DNA from: Deltaproteobacteria bacterium
GTDB taxonomy: Bacteria > Desulfobacterota > Desulfobulbia > Desulfobulbales > SURF-16
Assembly (NCBI GenBank): GCA_030667965.1
Contig: DAOUUW010000001.1
Span: 2,014 to 66,013, forward strand
Direction: 5' to 3'
DNA: 64,000 nucleotides
Both the position numbers and the translations under genes were made by a program. The notes under the pieces are model-generated. The model worked only from the letters and a program-made list of their open reading frames with translations. It was not told where the DNA came from and ran no database searches. Below are positions 58,237 to 64,000 of this stretch, in pieces. Position 1 is the stretch's first letter. Each line of letters opens with the position of its first letter.

Positions 58237-58586
58237 GCATAAACAACCGCCAGTGAAAGAATGCCGACAAATAAGACAATCTCAATAAATGGCCGGAGAC
58301 CTTGAACATCGTTATATGCCATTGCAACTGGAAACAAAAACAAGACATCCACGTCAAAGGCGAGAAACATCAAGGCGTATAAATAATAAACAATTCCATA
58401 TCGAATCCAGGCCGGCCCAATTGTGTACATGCCGCACTCAATGGGTATGCCTGTTTTGTTTATGATATTGCGATTTCTGCGGGGAGCAAAAAAATAAACA
58501 ATGAGGAGGGGGCCGAAACCAAAGCCGAGACCACCAAGAGTGAAGGCGGCGATGTAGAGAAGGTCGGTAATAGCTTGCTGTTCCAC
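58188..58586 (-). CDS. nuoA: NADH-quinone oxidoreductase subunit A
   Basis: Start moved to GTG 58586, preceded by GGAG with a 7-nt spacer. 132 aa, three TM helices, PIECGM motif. Confidence 0.85.
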   Translation of the reverse strand: MEQQAITDLLYIAAFTLGGLGFGFGPLLIVYFFAPRRNRNIINKTGIPIECGMYTIGPAWIRYGIVYYLYALMFLAFDVDVLFLFPVAMAYNDVQGLRPFIEIVLFVGILSLAVVYAWKKGVFKWEPKVYQG

Positions 58587-59052
58587 GATTAAACTCCTTT
58601 CTCCGTCCGGCAAAGTATGTAGCCGGGCGCTAAAGCTCACATCAGCCTGCTGACGTCATTTTTATTTGTGGATATAAATTTCACATAACCAACTCTTTCG
58701 AGCTATGCGCGGTACATTTTTTTTACGCACTGTTGCCGTTATTATCCCATCCAAAACTCTATGTCAAGAATAAAATGAATGAGTATTCACAAAAATACTA
58801 AGCCGGTATTCATTCTTCCAGGCTACAAAGGGATCAGCATATCCTCTTGATATAACAGGAGAATTAACACTGCAACAGCTGCTCTTTTTTTGTGTTTACG
58901 CACACAACCTGTTTCATTTAAAAAAACAGGATAAATCCGTAGAGATACGGAGATAGGAAAAACCGACACAACAAACTCAACAAGGGATGGTGCAACGGGC
59001 AGGGGCAGGGAGATTAACGTAATGATATTACGAGGATTACCAGGAACAACAG

Positions 59053-60522
59053 CTAGTTTTCAGAAAAGTCTCTTTTTTGCAACTGTGCCAGCAGGCGCTC
59101 ATGGATATTATCAAAGCCGCCGTTTGACAGGATAGCTACAACATCACCAGACTGCAGGAACGAAGCAAGATACTCAAGTATTCTATCTGTATCAGGAAAA
59201 TAATTTGCATGAGCCCCACGTTTTTTCAAACCGCCGACAAGTTCTTTTGCCGAGAACCTCTCCTCCTCCGGCACATTAACCAGAGCATCCGGCTCTTTCA
59301 CCAGAATATCATCCGCAGCCGCAAAAACCTTTTCGTACTCCGCCTGGAAAACCCGCCTTCTACTGGAATTAGTGCGGGGCTCAAAGACCGCAACAAGCCG
59401 TTGTCCGTCATATGCCGCCTTTAGGGCTATCAAGGTTTCACGAACGGATGTGGGGTGATGGGCAAAATCATCAATAACGGTGACGCCGCCGACAATGCCG
59501 CGCACCTCCTGCCTCCGCTTTACTCCCTGAAACAAACTGAGTTGCCGTTCAGCAACTTTGGCAGACAAGCCCAGTCTATCCAGCACCGCAAGAACAGCGA
59601 GACTGTTCAGGCAGTTATGACGCCCCGGCATGACCGTGGTAAAAGTGCCGCAGGACTGCCCGTTATGGAACGCCGTAAACGTGCTTCCCGTTCTGGTGCA
59701 GATAACATCGGACAATTGCCAGTCACTGTCACCCTGACCATAACCCACCACCGGACAGCGGGCGTCGCGGACAATTTCCCGCACAACCGGATCATCCATG
59801 CAGGCAACCAGACAGCCGTCTTCCGGCATAATGGCGACAAGCTTTGCAAACGATTTTTTGACGGCCTCCAGGTCGGCATAGATATCGGCATGATCAAACT
59901 CGATACTGGTGATAACGGCAATATGGGGCCGGTAATGGAGAAATTTCGGCCCCTTGTCAAAAAAAGCCGTGTCATACTCGTCCCCTTCGACTACAAAATG
60001 GGGCCCCTTTCCCACCCTGAAATTTCTGCCAAAGGCCTGCACAATACCGCCGATCATAAAACCGGGATCATACCCGGCACCGTGCAGCATGGTGGCAAGT
60101 ATGGAAGACGTGGTGGTTTTACCGTGCGTACCGGCAACAACCAGAGATTTTTTTCCTTCCAGAAACTTTTCCCCCAGAAGCTGGGGAAATGAAAGATAGG
60201 GGATGCCGCGTTCGGCAAGAGTTATCGCTTCCGGGTTTTTGCGGGTTATAACATTGCCGACAACAACAAGATCGGGGCGGGGGTCAAGATTTTCGGACGA
60301 GTATCCTTCCAGAATCGGTATGCCCATTTTGGCAAGAAAATCACTCATGGGCGGATAGACCTGGTTGTCTGAACCCGAGACATGAAAACCCTGTTTTTTC
60401 AGCATGCCGGCCATGGCGGCCATACCGGTGCCACAGACGCCCATCAAGTGAATATGCCGAACAGAATCAGGGAAAATATTTAAAGAGGGATCAAGTACAG
60501 CCCCCTCTTTATCCGCCATCAT
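59053..60522 (-). CDS. mpl: UDP-N-acetylmuramate:L-alanyl-gamma-D-glutamyl-meso-diaminopimelate ligase (Mpl)
   Basis: 489 aa Mur ligase with HLMGVCGTGMAAMAGML and GTHGKTTTSS, and Mpl-like overall length. Confidence 0.85.
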   Translation of the reverse strand: MMADKEGAVLDPSLNIFPDSVRHIHLMGVCGTGMAAMAGMLKKQGFHVSGSDNQVYPPMSDFLAKMGIPILEGYSSENLDPRPDLVVVGNVITRKNPEAITLAERGIPYLSFPQLLGEKFLEGKKSLVVAGTHGKTTTSSILATMLHGAGYDPGFMIGGIVQAFGRNFRVGKGPHFVVEGDEYDTAFFDKGPKFLHYRPHIAVITSIEFDHADIYADLEAVKKSFAKLVAIMPEDGCLVACMDDPVVREIVRDARCPVVGYGQGDSDWQLSDVICTRTGSTFTAFHNGQSCGTFTTVMPGRHNCLNSLAVLAVLDRLGLSAKVAERQLSLFQGVKRRQEVRGIVGGVTVIDDFAHHPTSVRETLIALKAAYDGQRLVAVFEPRTNSSRRRVFQAEYEKVFAAADDILVKEPDALVNVPEEERFSAKELVGGLKKRGAHANYFPDTDRILEYLASFLQSGDVVAILSNGGFDNIHERLLAQLQKRDFSEN

Positions 60523-60707
60523 GAACGTACGGCATCATTTACCGTTTTATGCACATGCACAAAGGTTTCTTCAAAATTTGCAGGGGAAAGACGCCCCGCT
60601 TCAATAAACTTGACAACGATTTCCTTGGTGACTTTTAAAATCGCTTCATCTGTGACCGGTTTATTAAAGGCGACGGCAGGGTCATGCGTTTTTTGAGAAG
60701 ACGACAT
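60519..60707 (-). CDS. Small hypothetical protein translationally coupled to mpl
   Basis: 62 aa. Its stop overlaps the mpl ATG (ATGA) and GGAGAG lies 6 nt upstream of its ATG. I recognise no family. Confidence 0.55.
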   Translation of the reverse strand: MSSSQKTHDPAVAFNKPVTDEAILKVTKEIVVKFIEAGRLSPANFEETFVHVHKTVNDAVRS

Positions 60708-60729
60708 TGAATACTCTCCTGGTGCAGAA

Positions 60730-60785
60730 TAAAAAAAGCCTCTGCGGTTATAAAGAAGGCCAATTCTTAGGTACCGTCAGAGGCT
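60730..60785 (-). terminator. Terminator-like hairpin plus U-tract 25 nt upstream of the 62-aa ORF (candidate attenuator)
   Basis: AGCCTCTGCGGT (60737-60748) pairs with ACCGTCAGAGGCT (60773-60785), 12 bp with one bulge. On the minus strand it is followed by TTTTTTTATT. It abuts a second hairpin, ATCTTTAAT (60786-60794) / ATTAAAGAT (60824-60832). Confidence 0.55.
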
Positions 60786-61008
60786 ATCTTTAATATTAGG
60801 AAAAACTTATAGGGCCATCCCCGATTAAAGATCAAACATTTTTTTACAACCTTGTCACACGCTCCGCAAGAACAAAAAAATTCTCCCGGAATCTTTTGCT
60901 TTTATTTATACCCAACACCAGAGAAAAAGTAAAGTTTCATAAACAATGTCACCCCAAAAGCAGTATCATAAAACAGAGGACCTTATAGAGAAAGCAGAAA
61001 TCAAAACG

Positions 61009-61048
61009 ACAAAAAAAACGGGTTACACCTTTTCAGGTGTAACCCGTT
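61009..61048 (-). terminator. Rho-independent terminator
   Basis: Perfect 13-bp stem AACGGGTTACACC (61017-61029) / GGTGTAACCCGTT (61036-61048) with a 6-nt loop. On the minus strand it is followed by a T-rich tract (TTTTTTGTCGTTTTG). Confidence 0.8.
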
Positions 61049-61345
61049 ACTATCGTGGTAAGCTCTATTGAATAGTACCATTATATTACTGCAATAACAC
61101 AACATCTTACGGGTACCAATTCACAGATACCGTCATAAGTACCGTCACACTTTGCATACTGCCATCAAAGAAGTATCGTTTTTCCGGCTAATAAGTAGCC
61201 AAAATAGCCATTTTGTTTCTTGGAAAACCAGTAGTTTTTTCCAACTAAGCTTGTTTTACAACAACAAACTGATTATTTCGCCCTCTAAATCATTTTTAAA
61301 AAAAACCAAAGGGACTCATTAACCGAAAGAATCGAAAATATCACC

Positions 61346-61600
61346 CTACTCCCCCCCAAACACCAATACCGAAACTTTCCTAGTCTTTTTCGATACAGCG
61401 AAATAAGACGCCTCTCCACCTGTCTGCGGGATCCTCTGTGCCATTTCCGGCACCGGGACATACCAGTAGTCCTCCTGGCCGCCTTTCAGCGTCCAATAGC
61501 AGGTGCCGGTCGGGAAGGTGTCAGTGACCTGATTGGCTGGCAGAAACTGCCGAGCATAATATTTATGGGCCAGGGTTATGGCTTCAGCTTTGTTGATCAT
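61346..61600 (-). CDS. Hypothetical small protein
   Basis: 84-aa ORF with no recognisable motif; Trp/Tyr-rich core (CYWTLKGGQEDYWYVPVP). Confidence 0.4.
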   Translation of the reverse strand: MINKAEAITLAHKYYARQFLPANQVTDTFPTGTCYWTLKGGQEDYWYVPVPEMAQRIPQTGGEASYFAVSKKTRKVSVLVFGGE

Positions 61601-61849
61601 GTAGAGTTTCCTTTCGAGAAATTGACATCCAATCTTGAGTCATTGGCTTCTCTAGCCCTCAAGATTTTAGGGAGAGGTCTTGACTTTCAACCCTGTGAAA
61701 ATCCAATATAGATATGTTGACTAACAGGAGGAATGTTAAGTTTGAAGATGCATGAAGTATTAGTAAATTCGATGTGGCAATCTTAAATACTGAACGCCAA
61801 ACTAACCGGCCGCCAGGCGCATAATATTCATTTATTCAGGAGTCTCATT

Positions 61850-61871
61850 TATATGTCAATTATATGTCAAT
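61850..61871. repeat. Tandem duplication TATATGTCAAT x2
   Basis: Two perfect contiguous 11-bp copies. Confidence 0.95.
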
Positions 61872-61893
61872 ATTTTTTGCACACTAAACAACA

Positions 61894-61921
61894 ACGTCCC
61901 CTAATGCACGTCCCCTAATGC
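61894..61921. repeat. Tandem duplication ACGTCCCCTAATGC x2
   Basis: Two perfect contiguous 14-bp copies, just downstream of the HTH gene stop. Confidence 0.95.
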
Positions 61922-61938
61922 ACACTGCAGACCTTCTA

Positions 61939-62925
61939 TCACGGCATTCCCTCCAGAAGCTTTTCACGGGCAGCTTCTACACGTTCGTCATCCATGTCCT
62001 GCGAGGAGAGGTAGAGTGACAGACGGTCAACCACACCGTCATGCCCAAACAAGCTGGGGGCATAACTCCAGATTTCGATTTCCGTTGCCTCGGGATCGAG
62101 ACTATCCAAAACTTGGAACTGGTGCTTCTGCTGCAAGGTCTTCCATTCCTCCTGACTGACAGCCAGCACCATGTTTTTGGGTTTTGCCAGCATGGAATAA
62201 TCGGCAAGGGCGGATAACCCGGCCCGATGGCCAATATGACGATCAACGTCGAAGTCAGAGACATAAATACGTTTTTTGACAGGGCTACGCATAAACGGAC
62301 GGGTTCTCTCCCAGAGCCCGCGACTGTTAAGGCTATACACATCAAGAACGCCCTGCTCTTCATTTAACTCAGCATCTTTCAGGATGGACTCCACCTCTCT
62401 GAAGGCCCTTGTCATCGTCATTTTGGAGTAGCCAAGAACTCTGGCCAGCTCGGTCGGCGTATATGCCGTCGCGTTCTGGTTATTATATATCCAGTGCAGA
62501 ACCAGGACCTGGGTGGAAGGATAGAAGTAATCGCTGATTTGCCGTTTATGGCGAAAGTGTTCACGTAAGTCGATGGCCAGCATGGGCAGGTATAACTGGT
62601 TGCCTGGAACAATAAACGGCAGGTTATGTTCAATAAGCCGCTTACGGTTATAGGCCGTCACCCTATCCCGGACATAAATAATCTCACCATCCCATTTGGC
62701 CCGAACTTGATCCATGTGTTTGCGGATGACAACCGGAGACTCTTCCTGGTCTCGGGTATCCGCCATCATCAGGCAAGTAAGCCCCAAAAAATCCACCCGA
62801 TAGAAGACATAGTTATCCTGCAAAAAGAACGGCAGGCGTTTACTTTCACTCCACTCGTCTGGAGTAATAGAGACAGCCAGGGTGTCGTGGATGTATTGTT
62901 TCAGATTGCTCAGTAATATTCGCAT
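61939..62925 (-). CDS. Hypothetical DNA-binding protein with a central helix-turn-helix
   Basis: 328 aa. YTPTELARVLGYSKMTMTRAFREVE (about residues 155-180) looks like a winged-helix/HTH. I do not recognise the flanking domains. AGGAGGG lies upstream of the ATG. Confidence 0.6.
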   Translation of the reverse strand: MRILLSNLKQYIHDTLAVSITPDEWSESKRLPFFLQDNYVFYRVDFLGLTCLMMADTRDQEESPVVIRKHMDQVRAKWDGEIIYVRDRVTAYNRKRLIEHNLPFIVPGNQLYLPMLAIDLREHFRHKRQISDYFYPSTQVLVLHWIYNNQNATAYTPTELARVLGYSKMTMTRAFREVESILKDAELNEEQGVLDVYSLNSRGLWERTRPFMRSPVKKRIYVSDFDVDRHIGHRAGLSALADYSMLAKPKNMVLAVSQEEWKTLQQKHQFQVLDSLDPEATEIEIWSYAPSLFGHDGVVDRLSLYLSSQDMDDERVEAAREKLLEGMP

Positions 62926-62932
62926 ATTCCCT

Positions 62933-62995
62933 CCTGTAACACATTTTCTGCACAGTAACTCTGTTCGTGTTACCGTGCAATAACAATGTTACAGG
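62933..62995. promoter_or_regulatory. Nested GTAAC/GTTAC inverted repeats overlapping the RBS of the HTH gene
   Basis: CCTGTAACAC (62933-62942), GTAAC (62955-62959), GTGTTAC (62967-62973) and TGTTACAGG (62987-62995). The first element overlaps the Shine-Dalgarno sequence on the minus strand. Confidence 0.45.
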
Positions 62996-63230
62996 TTGTT
63001 TGCTTTTCTTTTCTCAGCCAGGCTCAGGTGGTGATCGTTGATGCGGTCACCTTCCTTGCCACCGTATTCGAGACCCAGACGGTACCAGGGTGCAGAGGCA
63101 ACATCTTGGCCCCTGTCTTTACCCCATTTGACATTTGGTTTGTCACGCAGCACCCCAGCGCCTTTCTTGCCGACATCCGGCACAGAGAGGAAAGGTCGGA
63201 TGTTGAGCCGCACGCCGTCGTTAATATCGG

Positions 63231-63305
63231 GAGTAATTGGGAGTAATTGGGTCGGGAGTAATTGGGGTTGGAGTAATTGGGGAGGGAGTAATTGGGGTCA
63301 GAGTA
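63231..63305. repeat. Iteron-like array of GAGTAATTGG
   Basis: Five copies start at 63231, 63241, 63256, 63271 and 63286 (spacing 10, 15, 15, 15 bp). A degenerate sixth copy, GAGTAGAATT, starts at 63301. Confidence 0.9.
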
Positions 63306-63358
63306 GAATTAAATTCTGATCGGGGTCACGGCTTAATTTTACTCTGACCCCAATTACT
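63287..63358. repeat. 19-bp perfect inverted repeat flanking a 34-bp spacer
   Basis: AGTAATTGGGGTCAGAGTA (63287-63305) and TACTCTGACCCCAATTACT (63340-63358). The spacer contains the palindrome AGAATT-A-AATTCT. Confidence 0.9.
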
Positions 63359-63688
63359 TTTCTCCCTAATCTGAGTCCTGTTAATTTTTTAGTACGTATA
63401 CTGCACAGCAACATTAAAAGAGAATCAGGAAACATCTTCATATTTATAAAACTCCCTCATCTTGATCTTGCCAAAGCACACCTAAAAGCAGTAAGTTGTC
63501 TTCTTACAATTGAGAAATAAAAATTTTCCAGAAAAACCTGCCAATATCAACTTATCATGGCAAAAGGTCATGATAATCAATGGTTATGCAAAATCAGAAT
63601 TCCAGTATGATTGTTATGTACCTTGGATTGCCTATTAAAAAATATTCATACCAGCCGCTATGTGTTTGTGGCGGTAGAACGTGAGCAT

Positions 63689-64000
63689 ATGAAGATCAGT
63701 ATTATGCATATTTCGGATCTTCATCGAGATCCTAAGAATCCAATCTCAAATGAGGCATTACTCAACTCGCTAATTCAAGATGTTGAGAACTCTGCCGCCG
63801 AAGATCCTCCAATACCTCATCCTCAGATCATCATTGTTAGCGGTGACATCATCCAAGGAACGGGGAAAGACGCTGAAAAACCTGACGAAGTCCTTCGGGA
63901 GCAATACGATCAGGCCGAACAGTTTCTCGGTTCTTTAGCGGATAGGTTGCTCGGCGGAAACCGTCAAAGGATTGTCATTGTACCTGGCAACCACGACATC
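63689..64000 (+). CDS. Calcineurin-like metallophosphoesterase, N-terminal 104 codons (runs off the right edge)
   Basis: My own translation from ATG 63689: MKISIMHISDLHRD...IIIVSGDIIQG...IVIVPGNHDI. It carries the first three metallophosphoesterase motifs (DxH, GD, GNHD). It is absent from the ORF track because there is no stop in the window. Confidence 0.75.
   Translation, partial: MKISIMHISDLHRDPKNPISNEALLNSLIQDVENSAAEDPPIPHPQIIIVSGDIIQGTGKDAEKPDEVLREQYDQAEQFLGSLADRLLGGNRQRIVIVPGNHDI

Noticed and set aside
58587-58640. Longer nuoA ORF starting at 58640, and a sigma-54-like CGGCTACATACTTTGC upstream
   Set aside because: GTG 58586 has a GGAG site at ideal spacing and gives a normal NuoA length. 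The sigma-54-like match has GG-to-GC spacing off by one.
58641-59052. Housekeeping RNA (SRP RNA, RNase P RNA, tmRNA) in the 412-bp mpl-nuoA spacer or the 60.8-61.3 kb gap
   Set aside because: I could not find the conserved core strings of these RNAs by eye. Only small hairpins are present, such as CGTAAT-GAT-ATTACG at about 59020.
62989-63213. 74-aa minus-strand ORF (GTG start) adjacent to the GAGTAATTGG array
   Set aside because: It has no ATG and no recognisable domain, and the frame upstream runs into the repeat array and a stop. It could be a gene remnant, but I cannot support a call.

Overview
This window looks like core chromosome of a flagellated, dissimilatory sulfate-reducing member of the Desulfobacterota. 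That lineage call is inferred only from gene content (dsrMKJO, sigma-54-type promoters, a Nuo operon lacking NuoEFG). All family assignments come from reading motifs in the supplied translations and my own translations; no database search was run.

Gene content, left to right:
- dsrM-K-J-O on the minus strand; dsrO runs off the left edge.
- An RsbRD-like gene, a FlaG-like gene and a B12/radical-SAM-TPR gene.
- maf, a FabL-like SDR and a DUF362 gene.
- A large plus-strand flagellar export and regulation cluster: fliL-M-N-O-P-Q-R, flhB-A-F-G, fliA, cheY and a second fliL-like gene.
- A nitrogen block: amt-glnK-glnD-glnA.
- smr, a nifX-like gene and a short TPR ORF.
- A minus-strand dut-MBL-cbiR-like-cobT-cobS run.
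- The conserved tRNA-rimP-nusA-ylxR-infB-rbfA-nrnA-truB-rpsO-pnp superoperon plus an M16 peptidase.
- A 13-gene nuo operon.
- mpl with a coupled 62-aa ORF.
- About 3.3 kb of apparently accessory DNA at the right edge: orphan ORFs, an HTH protein, an iteron-like repeat array and a truncated metallophosphoesterase.

I found no rRNA, no CRISPR array, and no transposase or integrase ORF.

Observations most worth follow-up:
1. The nuo operon lacks nuoEFG and carries a fourth antiporter-like subunit plus an 82-aa membrane protein between nuoK and nuoL.
2. Two MITE-like insertions have exact 8-bp target-site duplications, at fliA/cheY and at the nuo terminator.
3. A block-structured 8-9-bp tandem array of about 22 units sits inside the fliL-fliM spacer, with inverted copies downstream.
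4. A GAGTAATTGG array with 15-bp phasing abuts a 19-bp perfect inverted repeat at the edge of the accessory region.
5. Terminator-like hairpins lie immediately upstream of two start codons, which makes them candidate attenuators.
6. Divergent sigma-54 promoters sit in the DUF362/fliL spacer.

I could not identify a complete novel multi-gene system inside the window. The best candidate, at the right edge, is cut off at position 64000.
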